Positions 1 to 9,857 of a stretch of DNA of 64,000 nt are shown in pieces (position 1 is the first letter of the stretch; every line of letters begins with the position of its first letter). Position numbers and translations under genes: made by a program. The notes beneath the pieces are model-generated. The model saw nothing but the letters and a program-made list of their open reading frames with translations. It ran no database searches and had not been told where the DNA came from. The DNA lies in contig JAWOEX010000024.1 of NCBI GenBank assembly GCA_046482545.1, positions 51,879 through 115,878 on the forward strand. Direction: 5' to 3'. The DNA is from Candidatus Thorarchaeota archaeon (GTDB taxonomy: Archaea > Asgardarchaeota > Thorarchaeia > Thorarchaeales > Thorarchaeaceae).

Positions 1-51
1 TGCTCCGGGGAAAATCAAGAACTGAATCACTAAGATAAATTCTTCCATCAT
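1..51 (-). CDS. N-terminus of a NuoH/EchB-like membrane subunit (runs off the window edge)
   Basis: Reverse strand reads ATG ATG GAA... = MMEEFILVIQFLIFPGA. The LIFPG start is typical of NuoH-family hydrogenase subunits. GGAG RBS upstream; lies directly after the small-subunit gene. Confidence 0.6.
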   Translation of the reverse strand, partial: MMEEFILVIQFLIFPGA

Positions 52-67
52 CTATGTTCTACTCCCT

Positions 68-541
68 TTAGTTCTCGAGCTCTGGAATCCGCTCCGGTGC
101 CTCATCCTTTTCGGCGGAATCTCCCCGCTTTAGCTTCGCAAGGAGTTTTGAAACTCCATCTATTATTGCCTCGGGCTTTGGTGGACATCCGGGCACATAT
201 GCATCCACAGGAATCACCTTGTTTACCCCGCCACATATACTGTAACACCTTTGGAAGGGTGCACCACTGCTTGCACAGGCCCCGATTGCTATCACGAATT
301 TGGGCTCAGGCATCTGCTCGTAGATACGTTTGAGTCGTTTCTCATTTTGGAGGGTAACAGGACCTGTTACAACTAGAATATCTGCATGTCGTGGACTTCC
401 CTTCAGTACTGCCCCGAATCGCTCTAAATCGAATCTTGGCATAAGAGCTGCTACTAGTTCTATGTCACAGCCGTTACATCCACCACTTGGGAAATGTAAT
501 AGCCAAGGACTAGATACTTGTGCCCATTTCAAGATTCCCAT
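68..541 (-). CDS. Group 4 [NiFe]-hydrogenase small subunit / NuoB-like Fe-S protein
   Basis: GGCNGCDIE, SPRHADILVVTG, GACASSG and VPGCPPKP motifs. CNGC rather than the NuoB CC points to the hydrogenase type. Confidence 0.92.
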   Translation of the reverse strand: MGILKWAQVSSPWLLHFPSGGCNGCDIELVAALMPRFDLERFGAVLKGSPRHADILVVTGPVTLQNEKRLKRIYEQMPEPKFVIAIGACASSGAPFQRCYSICGGVNKVIPVDAYVPGCPPKPEAIIDGVSKLLAKLKRGDSAEKDEAPERIPELEN

Positions 542-542
542 T

Positions 543-881
543 CTAGGAAACCCTCCTAGAATATACGAGCAATGAGGTCGCTGCTAGTAAAATCATCGAA
601 TAGATGGCTGGCCTAAATCCCGCTGATGGTGGGCTTATTACCAGCATGAAGATGAGCACATCAAAAATCAACAAGTAGACTGCAAAGATGTAGAAGTACC
701 TCATCTCAATCTGAATATCCTCGGTGGGAAAATCTTCTCCACAAGCATAGAGGCTTCTCTTAGCTTCAATATCCTCGGAGGTGGCATCGGCTGAAATCCT
801 TCCACCATACGAGTAGATAAGCAAGGCAATGGCAATTGAAAGTCCAAAAACTACGGGTAAGAGATGTACGAGAGTCGACAT
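543..881 (-). CDS. nuoA: NuoA-like membrane subunit (112 aa; start at ATG 881 rather than 1082)
   Basis: Three TM segments, loop motif YACGE and LIFDV motif of NuoA/ND3. The ORF extension upstream of 881 is the divergent promoter region. Confidence 0.8.
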   Translation of the reverse strand: MSTLVHLLPVVFGLSIAIALLIYSYGGRISADATSEDIEAKRSLYACGEDFPTEDIQIEMRYFYIFAVYLLIFDVLIFMLVISPPSAGFRPAIYSMILLAATSLLVYSRRVS

Positions 882-1075
882 TGCACACCCTGATGTTAGA
901 GCAATTCCGTAGTATCTTAAAGTTGGCGGTCTATCACTCACCAGAAATCCTTTGCCCTTGCCCTTGTTTGATTGTGGTACTTCACTGACTTTCTTCAGGG
1001 AGACCCCCTTTGAGAAGGTTTTTATCCTACTCCTTGGGTCTGCAAAAGCGGCGGTCTGTAACGCAGGAGTTTGCC

Positions 1076-1330
1076 TTGACACTCGGTGATATCCTCATTA
1101 TTCTTCTAATGCTTTTGATTTTAGGGCTTGCATTGGCAACAGTAGAGGTAAGGGACCCTCTTTATAGTATTCTCTCATTCTGTGGAATGAGTATTGGGAT
1201 AGGGATGTTATACTGGCTTCTTATGGCTCCGTACGTAGCACTTTACCAACTTCTCGTCTATGCGGGAGCTGTTGTAGGACTATATCTTGCTGCAATCATG
1301 CTGACAACTCGAAAGGAGGCTATAGAATAA
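1076..1330 (+). CDS. nuoJ: NuoJ-like membrane subunit, N-terminal part
   Basis: QLLVYAGAV motif of NuoJ/ND6; TTG start after GGAG RBS. Confidence 0.8.
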   Translation: MTLGDILIILLMLLILGLALATVEVRDPLYSILSFCGMSIGIGMLYWLLMAPYVALYQLLVYAGAVVGLYLAAIMLTTRKEAIE

Positions 1331-1331
1331 T

Positions 1332-1619
1332 ATGAGCTATGATAGAATGCAGATTATAGGTTCAGTCTTAGTTCTGCTGGCAATCGTGACTTTGAGTGCA
1401 CTTCTTATCCAAGTTCCTTTTCCAGCGTTCGAATATGCACTCTCCGATGATAGTTTGATTGAGATAACGAGACCAATTGGCGAGGAAATGAGCGAATTCA
1501 TGTGGAGCGTAAGAAACATTGACTTACTGGCTCAGGCGTTTGTTCTCTTTAGCACTGCTGTAGGATCCTTAGCTGTTCTTTTCGAAATCGAACACATGAA
1601 TGCGGAGGAAACCGAATGA
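1332..1619 (+). CDS. Small membrane subunit (NuoJ C-terminal part / MnhB-like)
   Basis: Two TM segments and W..R.IDLL.QAFVLF pattern; sits between nuoJ-N and nuoK. Confidence 0.65.
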   Translation: MSYDRMQIIGSVLVLLAIVTLSALLIQVPFPAFEYALSDDSLIEITRPIGEEMSEFMWSVRNIDLLAQAFVLFSTAVGSLAVLFEIEHMNAEETE

Positions 1620-1930
1620 TTCCTCTATCGTACTTTCTAGCCTTCTCAGCAGGCCTATACATCATTGGCATTTATTGCTTGGTATCTAAACGAAATATGA
1701 TTCGGCTTGTTTTAGGTATAGAGATTATACTTAATGCTGCAAATATCAACTTCATTACTTTTTCAATATTCCGGAGTGACGGTTTCGTTGACCCCTTTGC
1801 TCAATCCTTGGTGGTCATATCAATAACCTTGGCGAGTTGCGTGAGTGCAGCAGCGCTTTCCTTGGTTATCTACGCTTACCGACATTATGAAACCTTGGAC
1901 GTACGAGAACTTCGCAGACTTCAAAAGTAA
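1616..1930 (+). CDS. nuoK: NuoK-like subunit
   Basis: KRNMIRLVLGIEIILNAANIN motif, three TMs, ATGA overlap with the previous gene. Confidence 0.88.
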   Translation: MIPLSYFLAFSAGLYIIGIYCLVSKRNMIRLVLGIEIILNAANINFITFSIFRSDGFVDPFAQSLVVISITLASCVSAAALSLVIYAYRHYETLDVRELRRLQK

Positions 1931-1946
1931 CGAGGGAGAAATAAAG

Positions 1947-3404
1947 ATGTTCACGTTGCCACTTAACCTACTTTTCATCTTTGCAGTAACGACTCCCCTT
2001 ATTGACTATTTGATTACGAAATATGAGCAGAAGTATCTGTGTGGAGTCTATCCTCTGATAGGAATGACACTCACAGGATATGCAGTGTACAGCCTATGGC
2101 TATCTGTTTCCGCAGGCGCATACGTGTTTCCACTTGATGCCACCCCTTTCTTCGCATGTTTCAGAATTGATACACTCAGCTTTTTTATGGCATTCATTCA
2201 AATTGGTTTGGGTTTCTTTATTACCCTCTATTCCATTCGTTATATGGAGAAGGATTGGCCCATACCTCTCTACTATTCCTTACTATTGTCCATGGTTGCC
2301 GGCATGGTTGGTGTGGTCTTCGCCGGAGATTTGTTTACGCTCTTTGTCTTCTGGGAGCTGATGTGTCTTAGCTCGTACATGCTCGTTGCTTTCAGAAGGG
2401 AGAGATGGGAGGCTATTGAAGCTGGATTGAAATACCTCCTAATGAGTTCTGTAGGGTCCGCAACTTTCCTATATGGTATATCCCTCATCTATGGATTCAC
2501 TGGTTCACTACACTTTACTACCATAGCCGCAACTATGGGGCAAGCTCCGACAAACATATGGTTCAACTACACCTTCTTGCTCATTTTCATCGGTCTTGGA
2601 ATCAAGGCTGCAATCGTTCCTCTGCATACTTGGTTGCCAGATGCTTACTCTGCGGCTCCTACACCTATATTGGCCTTAAGTTCAGGCATAGTCATTGAGA
2701 CTGGTCTCTATGTCATGTTTCGTGTTTTCTTCATGGGTTTCCCTCTAGTTCGTGCAGAATGGGCACCCATCTTCGCACTTTTTAGTATCGCCACCATGAC
2801 TATAGGCAATATCTCGGCCCTTTTACAGACTGACTTGAAGAGACTACTGGCATACTCCAGTATCGCGCACGTTGGGTACATGCTCGTTGGTTTAGCAGCA
2901 GGTAACGAATCGGGGCTGACAGGTACCTTTTTACATATCCTCAACCATGGTTTGATGAAGAGTACCGCTTTTCTCTGTCTTGGTGCCATTATATGGAGGC
3001 TAGGAGAGAGAGATATAGAGCATCTAGAGGGTGTAGGAAAGAAAATGCCCTTTACAGTCACAGCTTTTTCGATATCGCTTCTTGCACTATTAGGTATGCC
3101 TGGTCTGAATGGATTTGTAGGCGAATTGATTTTATTCTTTTCAACTATTCAACAGAACCTATTCTGGTTAGGGATTGCAATGATTCTCAATACCGCCATA
3201 TCCGCAGGATACTACTTGAGAATAATGTACAGAATGATGCAAACGACTCCTTCGGAGTTGGTTGAAGAGGCTGAAGAAGTGCCAGTCAGCATGCTGGTAC
3301 CTATTTACGTGATGACTGTATTCATTGTGCTGTTTGGTATTTGGCCTGATTTAGTACTCGACTTAGCGAGACAAGCTGCAGCAGGACTTCTGTTTATGAT
3401 TTAA
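1947..3404 (+). CDS. Antiporter-like membrane subunit (NuoN/MrpD type)
   Basis: FVFWELM, EAGLKY, GIKAAIVPLHTWLPDAY and KRLLAYSSIAHVGY motifs; ATG 1947 follows GGGAG RBS. Confidence 0.9.
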   Translation: MFTLPLNLLFIFAVTTPLIDYLITKYEQKYLCGVYPLIGMTLTGYAVYSLWLSVSAGAYVFPLDATPFFACFRIDTLSFFMAFIQIGLGFFITLYSIRYMEKDWPIPLYYSLLLSMVAGMVGVVFAGDLFTLFVFWELMCLSSYMLVAFRRERWEAIEAGLKYLLMSSVGSATFLYGISLIYGFTGSLHFTTIAATMGQAPTNIWFNYTFLLIFIGLGIKAAIVPLHTWLPDAYSAAPTPILALSSGIVIETGLYVMFRVFFMGFPLVRAEWAPIFALFSIATMTIGNISALLQTDLKRLLAYSSIAHVGYMLVGLAAGNESGLTGTFLHILNHGLMKSTAFLCLGAIIWRLGERDIEHLEGVGKKMPFTVTAFSISLLALLGMPGLNGFVGELILFFSTIQQNLFWLGIAMILNTAISAGYYLRIMYRMMQTTPSELVEEAEEVPVSMLVPIYVMTVFIVLFGIWPDLVLDLARQAAAGLLFMI

Positions 3405-3417
3405 GGAGAAAGAAGAA

Positions 3418-5445
3418 ATGCTACTTGATATCAACCTACTTGCTTGGCTTTGTTGGATATTTCCCTTGGTGGGTGCAACAACCTCTCTGCTCATGTCACG
3501 AGTGAAGGAACAGACTCGCGGATATGCGGCTGTTCTGTTTTCTTTCTTGGGCTTCCTCATGGCACTTCTTATGCTTCCGGAGGTATTTTCCCCTCAAGCC
3601 ATTGATAACACTGCATTCTGGGTAATCCTGCCCGGTGGTATCTCTGTATCTATTGGCATGCTCATTGATCCACTTGCAATCATCTTTGCGAACATCGTCA
3701 GTTTTCTGGCCTTTCTGATAATGGTCTACTCTGTCAAGTATGTTGAAGATGAGCCTAGCAAGACTCGCCTCTGGTTCTTCATGTCTCTTTTCATCGCTAG
3801 CAAATTGCTACTCGTGCTGGCAGATAACTTCATTCTGCTCTTTGTAGGCTGGGAGCTGGTTGGTGTGTGCAGCTATGCACTTGTCGGTCACTGCTATAGC
3901 GACAAAGACGAGCAGTTGATTGACGGCTCCTCTCCATTCCTGAAACCTTCAAGGGCAGGATTGAAGGTGCTCCTTTTCACAACGTTCGGAAATATTTCCC
4001 TTCTTGGCGGGATGATCCTCATCTATACGTACTCGGGAACATTGAATTTCATTCAGCTCTATACGACTGTGTCTGTATGGCTTCCTGCTATGGCTGCTAA
4101 TCCGGGAATACTGACGCTTGCGTCGGTCTTGGTTCTCGGTGGTCCTATTGCCAAGTCAGCTCAATTCCCTCTGCACGAATGGTTGCCAGATGCAATGACT
4201 GATCCCGCTCCTGTTCCAGCGCTGCTACATGCCGCAACGATGGTGGCAACCGGTGTATACTTTATTGCTCGGATGGTTCCAATTTTCTTCTATGGTTATT
4301 GGGTTGGTGGTTTCCCTGAAGCGGGTACCTTCTTCTTGATAACTGCAGCAGTTGGAGCATTTACTGCATTTCTTGCTGGTACGCAAGCGATGGTAGCTCT
4401 TGAACTGAAGAAGATACTCGCCTTTTCCACTATGAGCCAGATTGGCTACGTGACACTTGGTCTAGGAGTAGCAGGTTTGACCCCTCAAGCATTTACTGGT
4501 GGCCTTACCGCGGGCATCTTCCACTTGGTGAGCCATAGTATTTTGGAGGTGACACTATTCCTTTCAGCAGGCTTCATCCTTCACGCCACTGACACAATCT
4601 ACATATCTGAGATGAACCTTTCAAGGACGCGACTGAAGCTCACTTGGGTAGCCATGTCGATAGTCACACTCTCGTTGATGGGTGTACCACCGCTTTCAGG
4701 ATTCTGGAGCAAGGAAGAGATCTTGACCGTTTGCCTTAATAGTGGTCATTTCATCCCATTTGCTTTTGCTCTATCTACGGTTGCCATCACTGCGTTCTAT
4801 TCAGTCCGCTTTGTAGGGATGGTCTTTCATGGTCCACAAGAAGAGAGCTCTTCTCATGATGAGGCGCATCCGATAATGCTTGCTCCATATGGCATTCTTG
4901 CCATCCTTACCATGGGTTTTGGCATAATTGGTCCTTGGTTCGGTGAGAGCCTCCATCATCTATTCGAGGAGTACTTTGTTCATACACTGGGCTTCGAAGT
5001 AGTTGCAGAAGCTGCTACCATTACCCCCTCCATGGCCCTTTCCGAATCAATACCGTTTTTGGTGCCTATCCTTTCGCTTTCTATGCTTCTTCTTGGTGCC
5101 ATTCCTGCTTACAGGTTGTATATATCTCGGCAGAACCACCCTGAGGATGTAATTGGAACTGAAGGTGTACTCAAGAAGATACACTCCTTCCTCTGGAACC
5201 GCTGGTACATCAATACAGCCTATCTGGCAATAGTTGATGGGGTATTTTCTATGCGAGAACCATTGAAGAAGTATGTAGAACGCCCCATGGACCGTGCTTT
5301 GAACGATGGTATTCCTAATCTCTTCTCTGCGATAAGCAAGAAGGTGGGGAAAATTCAAACGGGCATCTTCTCAATTAATATGCTTTACATGTTCATTTTG
5401 TTAGTGCTGGCTGGAATCGTGATTCTAGTAACGGGGGTGCCCTAA
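3418..5445 (+). CDS. nuoL: Antiporter-like subunit NuoL/MrpA type
   Basis: GWELVG, KSAQFPLHEWLPDAM, LLHAATMV, KKILAFSTMSQIGY and FWSKEEI motifs; C-terminal helix plus TM. Confidence 0.9.
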   Translation: MLLDINLLAWLCWIFPLVGATTSLLMSRVKEQTRGYAAVLFSFLGFLMALLMLPEVFSPQAIDNTAFWVILPGGISVSIGMLIDPLAIIFANIVSFLAFLIMVYSVKYVEDEPSKTRLWFFMSLFIASKLLLVLADNFILLFVGWELVGVCSYALVGHCYSDKDEQLIDGSSPFLKPSRAGLKVLLFTTFGNISLLGGMILIYTYSGTLNFIQLYTTVSVWLPAMAANPGILTLASVLVLGGPIAKSAQFPLHEWLPDAMTDPAPVPALLHAATMVATGVYFIARMVPIFFYGYWVGGFPEAGTFFLITAAVGAFTAFLAGTQAMVALELKKILAFSTMSQIGYVTLGLGVAGLTPQAFTGGLTAGIFHLVSHSILEVTLFLSAGFILHATDTIYISEMNLSRTRLKLTWVAMSIVTLSLMGVPPLSGFWSKEEILTVCLNSGHFIPFAFALSTVAITAFYSVRFVGMVFHGPQEESSSHDEAHPIMLAPYGILAILTMGFGIIGPWFGESLHHLFEEYFVHTLGFEVVAEAATITPSMALSESIPFLVPILSLSMLLLGAIPAYRLYISRQNHPEDVIGTEGVLKKIHSFLWNRWYINTAYLAIVDGVFSMREPLKKYVERPMDRALNDGIPNLFSAISKKVGKIQTGIFSINMLYMFILLVLAGIVILVTGVP

Positions 5446-6933
5446 GTGGAAATTCCATTCTTGCTTCTGCAAACGGTGCTCATCCCAGTACTATCCATGC
5501 CAGTCATGGCATTGCTTGGCAGAAAAATAGGCACACGTGTCGGCTGGGTTGCTGCAGTAGTCCTATCGTATACCACGATTCTTCTCCTCCTCGGTGGTAT
5601 TGATTTTTGGATTAGCGGGTCACCTCTCATTGAGCACTATTCTTGGAGTACAGCAGTATTGAATATCGAGTTCGGATTCTTGGCCGACGGCCTCAGCTAT
5701 CCAGTTGCCATTCTCATGAATATCATCTCAACCGTGGTCGTCGTCTATTCCATTCGATATGTTGAGCATCCCATAGAGGAGATTCACGACGAGAAAGAGA
5801 AGGGCCTAAATGAGCTCTATTTTTCCCTCTTTATGCTTTTTCCCACAGGACTCCTAGGGGTATCATTTGCAACTAACTTGGTAGAGATTTACCTATTTCT
5901 CGATATCCTTCTGATACCTCTCTATTTTATCATAAGCTACTTTGGACTTATCCAGCGAAATCGGATTGCAACAATGGTATTCATGTGGGGTTTCATAGGC
6001 GGTTCGCTGTTTCTCATCGGATCAGTAGTCGTTTATTCCCAAATAGGAAGCCTAATGGTTTCGGATTTGCCCGCTCTCGTGGGGTCCCCTCTTGCCCTCT
6101 GGGCAACCGTTTTCATGCTTGTAGGCATACTCATGAAGATGGCTGTTTTTGGTTTTCATGTATGGCTACCTTGGGTGCATTCAGGAGCTCCGACACCGGT
6201 ATCTGCCATACTGACAGTTTTTGTTGGTATCATGAGCTATCTACTGGGTAGGATTTTTGTCCAGAATCTTGCGGTCATCATCCAGTCGTTTTCTAGACCG
6301 CTTATGATTTGGGCATTGATTACTATGCTTTATGGGGGACTTCTCACCCTTGCTCAGGACGATATCAAGCTCGTGTATGCTTGCTCTACGATAAGCCAGA
6401 CCTCGTATTCCCTCCTTGGATTGGCAAGTCTTACAGCTACTGGAGCCGCGGGTGGTGTGTTCTACTTCCTGAGTCATTCTCTCGGGAAGGTCATCCTATT
6501 CTCGTGTGCTGGTATGGTCATACTCAGGACAGATGTCAGAAATATCAACAAGATGGGCGGCCTTGCAAAGAAGATGCCGGTGACGGCAATACTTTGTGTG
6601 ATTGGCTCTCTTATCCTGTCTGCTATTCCTCCATTCAGCGGACTACCAGCAGAATGGATTATGTTCATGGGTATTTTCGAATATGGCATTACAGCTGGCT
6701 CCCTTCTGGACATAGTGATACCGATTGCAGGCATATTCATCACCTTCATATCTACCGTCTATACATTCTGGCCTGTGATGCGAATATTTTTTGGTCCTCT
6801 ACCTGAGTCCATGAAAGATGTACGAGAAGCGCCACTTCAGATGATTATACCCACTGCAGTTCTTGCCCTGATATCTCTCCTGATTGGTGTCTACCCTGAG
6901 TTGGTTATGCGTTTTCTGTCTACTGCATTCTAA
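5446..6933 (+). CDS. nuoM: Antiporter-like subunit NuoM type
   Basis: KMAVFGFHVWLP, APTPVSA, QDDIK..YACSTISQ and MGGLAKKMP motifs. Confidence 0.88.
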   Translation: MEIPFLLLQTVLIPVLSMPVMALLGRKIGTRVGWVAAVVLSYTTILLLLGGIDFWISGSPLIEHYSWSTAVLNIEFGFLADGLSYPVAILMNIISTVVVVYSIRYVEHPIEEIHDEKEKGLNELYFSLFMLFPTGLLGVSFATNLVEIYLFLDILLIPLYFIISYFGLIQRNRIATMVFMWGFIGGSLFLIGSVVVYSQIGSLMVSDLPALVGSPLALWATVFMLVGILMKMAVFGFHVWLPWVHSGAPTPVSAILTVFVGIMSYLLGRIFVQNLAVIIQSFSRPLMIWALITMLYGGLLTLAQDDIKLVYACSTISQTSYSLLGLASLTATGAAGGVFYFLSHSLGKVILFSCAGMVILRTDVRNINKMGGLAKKMPVTAILCVIGSLILSAIPPFSGLPAEWIMFMGIFEYGITAGSLLDIVIPIAGIFITFISTVYTFWPVMRIFFGPLPESMKDVREAPLQMIIPTAVLALISLLIGVYPELVMRFLSTAF

Positions 6934-7063
6934 GTCACTAGCTACATACTCATAGACCGTTTCTTTCCAATAAACCATTCCTTCGGATGTTTCCATAGAA
7001 CAAGTCTTTTATCTCGTTGCTCTCCTAGGACAATTGTCGGATAAATAGGTCTGAGGAAAAGTC

Positions 7064-7906
7064 ATGACCCAAGCACAAACTACTCTGAAGCATCCTATGG
7101 CGAAATACATACGCGAAGACCGTCAACCGTGGATATATTGCCCTGGCTGTAGTATTGGCATCGTCACCAATATGGTTGCACGGGCAATCGATAATCTTGG
7201 TCTAGATTACCATGACGTGGTAGTAGTCTCAGGTATTGGTTGTACTGGACGCACTTCTGGATACTTTGAAACAGGTTCTTTTCATACCACTCACGGTCGT
7301 GCTATCGCCTTTGCAAGCGGTGTGAAGATTGCTAACCCGGATTTGGAGGTCATTGTTGTATCTGGAGATGGTGATATCGCAGCTATTGGAGGGAACCACC
7401 TAATCCATGCCTGCAGGCGAAACGTTGGCATAACTGTTGTTTGCGTCAATAACTTCAACTATGGTATGACTGGTGGACAATTCGGACCAACTACTGAACA
7501 CGAAAGATACACTCAGACATCACCAAGGCCAATTGGCAATATTGAGCACCCCTTCAACCTTGTCAAGCTAGCGGCTTCGTCAGGAGCGACTTTCGTGTCT
7601 CGTTGGACTGCAGTCCAGGCACGCAGAGCCACAAAATCCATACAGAAAGGCATAGCAAAGGATGGCTTTTCCTTTATCGAAATTGTCGGTGCTTGTCCTA
7701 CTGCGTATGGTAGGCGGAACGATATGGGTACCGGCCTTAAGATGCATCAGCATCTCCTTGAAGTAGCAGAAATACAGAATGGGCTCCCAGCCCATGAAGC
7801 AGAACTGGATTATGATAACAGAATTGTGTGCGGAGAATTCCTAGACATAGACAAACCTGAGTATACTGCGATATTGAAGGCCGCGCGTCAGAAGGTAACG
7901 AGGTGA
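7064..7906 (+). CDS. korB: 2-oxoacid:ferredoxin oxidoreductase beta subunit (TPP-binding)
   Basis: YCPGC, SGIGC, HGRA, and GDGD...NNFNYGMTGGQ TPP motif. Confidence 0.92.
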   Translation: MTQAQTTLKHPMAKYIREDRQPWIYCPGCSIGIVTNMVARAIDNLGLDYHDVVVVSGIGCTGRTSGYFETGSFHTTHGRAIAFASGVKIANPDLEVIVVSGDGDIAAIGGNHLIHACRRNVGITVVCVNNFNYGMTGGQFGPTTEHERYTQTSPRPIGNIEHPFNLVKLAASSGATFVSRWTAVQARRATKSIQKGIAKDGFSFIEIVGACPTAYGRRNDMGTGLKMHQHLLEVAEIQNGLPAHEAELDYDNRIVCGEFLDIDKPEYTAILKAARQKVTR

Positions 7907-8478
7907 TTATCTTGGCACGTTTCGAAGTACGCATGGGTGGTTTTGGAGGACAGGGTATAGTCACTATGGCTGTTGTGCTTGGTGAGACAGTATCATTAAT
8001 CGAAGGAAAAGAGTGCGTACAGACACAATCCTACGGTCCCGAGGCCAGAGGAGGAGCAAGTAAGAGCGAGGTGGTAATCAGCGATAAGTCGGAGGTTGAT
8101 TATCCGAAAGTCATTGCTCCTGATGTCTTTATCGCCCTGAGCAGGGCTGCCTATCTGTCCTACAAGGATGACCTGAAGGATAATGGAACACTCATCGTTG
8201 ACGAGGACCTTGTTGAGATCGAGGGTAATCTTCCAAAGGGCGTCAAGGTATACAAGATTCGTGCTACCCATATTGCCGACAACGAAGTGGGCTCCAAGCT
8301 GGCCACGAACGTCGTTATGCTCGGGGCTTTCTCAGCGATTACAGGCGAAGTCACACTCGATGGCCTAAGGGAGCGAGTAGCCCAGCGCTGGCCTCGTTTC
8401 AAGGATACTAATCTGAAAGCTCTTGAACTTGGTTTTGAAGCTGGTAAGAAGGCAGTAGAAAAGGCAGGCAATGCTTGA
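7903..8478 (+). CDS. korC: 2-oxoacid:ferredoxin oxidoreductase gamma subunit
   Basis: GFGGQG, QSYGPEARGG and NVVMLGA motifs. Confidence 0.92.
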   Translation: MIILARFEVRMGGFGGQGIVTMAVVLGETVSLIEGKECVQTQSYGPEARGGASKSEVVISDKSEVDYPKVIAPDVFIALSRAAYLSYKDDLKDNGTLIVDEDLVEIEGNLPKGVKVYKIRATHIADNEVGSKLATNVVMLGAFSAITGEVTLDGLRERVAQRWPRFKDTNLKALELGFEAGKKAVEKAGNA

Positions 8479-8635
8479 GTCCTTTATTTGGGTGACGGCT
8501 GATGTATCTGGTTTGACTACATCTTAATTTGACCGTATGTCGAACAAGAATTCTGAAACACAAAGAAACTACGAGTGGATACCATGTGACTTCTGGACGG
8601 AATTGCCGCTCAGGTTGATAGGATTTCTTCTTCCT

Positions 8636-9856
8636 TTACTGGTGCTCATCGTACCATTTGTTTGCCCTCACCCTGAGCTGCTCCTTTGATACAATTTCGA
8701 TTGAATCGTCTTCTGCATCAACAAGGGCAATCCGGTCTGTGCAGCTGTAGCATGGGTCTATTGCGGCCAATATGATTGGTGCGTCTGCAATCTGGTAGCC
8801 TTTCAAGGTATGCTCCATCGATACCCAGTTGGCATGTGTTGGGGCGCGTATCTTAACTCTTTCTGGCTTACTTGTGCCATTAGTGATCAGGTAGTGTATG
8901 AGTTCCCCACGTGGAGCCTCGTGTCTAGCCAGTACCTCGTTTGGTTGAATCCTTGCACCCATTTTCTTGCTTATAGGTCCATCAGGCAGGTTCTCAATAA
9001 GCCATCGTGACATCTGAATTGCCTGAACAATTTCCTTCAATCGTACAATTGTCCTTCCCGCGACGTCACAACGTTTTGACAGAATCACGTTAAAATAGTC
9101 GATATCATTGAGATGGGGATAAGCTTGTGTAGGATCGGTGAAGCGTACGTCTGTGGGGACGTTACTTCCTCTAGCTGTAGGGCCTACAGCTCCATGGCTT
9201 CTTGCCACGGCAGTCTCAAGGATACCGACGTCCTCAACACGATTCAGTAGGCTTCTGTCGTTCATTGCTGTGTTAAGGTAATAGTCCATCCGCTCCTCAA
9301 GCTTATCTAGACGCTTGATGAGACTCTGTGCCAGCTCGTCTGAAATATCTCTTCTGACTCCACCAATGGTATTCATATCATGATGTATACGTGCTCCGGA
9401 TAAATCCTCCAGCATATCAAGAGCTAGTTCACGATCTCGCCAAGCGTACATGAACAACGTTTCGAATCCAATTTCGTGACATGCAACGCCGAACCAGAGC
9501 ATATGTGAGTGAATCCGGTCCATTTCCCATGTCAATGTTCGGATGAACTTGGCGCGTTCAGGAGGCTCCTCCTCAGCAGCGAACTCAACTGCTTGGGCGT
9601 AGTTGCCATTATGTGTTGCAGAACAGATACCACAGATTCTCGCCAGCAAGTACAGATTCTGAGTGTGAAGATTCCCTTCCGTTGCTTTCTCGATACCTCT
9701 GTGGTTATAGGAGATATTGACTTCTGCATCCACAATACGTTCACCCTCCAACGTGAGCTTGAACATGCCCGGCTCTTTCAGAGCCGGATGTTGTGGTCCG
9801 ATTGGGATGGTAACCCGTGGCGGTACGATGGTCTTTCGTTGTTCACTTCTGGTCAT
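8636..9856 (-). CDS. Group 4 [NiFe]-hydrogenase catalytic large subunit
   Basis: GPQHP, HRGIEK, L1 motif RICGIC, EAPRGE, and L2 motif DPCYSCTDR followed by a C-terminal extension. Confidence 0.93.
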   Translation of the reverse strand: MTRSEQRKTIVPPRVTIPIGPQHPALKEPGMFKLTLEGERIVDAEVNISYNHRGIEKATEGNLHTQNLYLLARICGICSATHNGNYAQAVEFAAEEEPPERAKFIRTLTWEMDRIHSHMLWFGVACHEIGFETLFMYAWRDRELALDMLEDLSGARIHHDMNTIGGVRRDISDELAQSLIKRLDKLEERMDYYLNTAMNDRSLLNRVEDVGILETAVARSHGAVGPTARGSNVPTDVRFTDPTQAYPHLNDIDYFNVILSKRCDVAGRTIVRLKEIVQAIQMSRWLIENLPDGPISKKMGARIQPNEVLARHEAPRGELIHYLITNGTSKPERVKIRAPTHANWVSMEHTLKGYQIADAPIILAAIDPCYSCTDRIALVDAEDDSIEIVSKEQLRVRANKWYDEHQ

Positions 9857-9857
9857 C

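Noticed and set aside
882-1082. 68-aa N-terminal extension of NuoA given by the ORF track
   Set aside because: It spans the divergent promoter region (TATA-like boxes near 915 and 1020); NuoA similarity starts at ATG 881.
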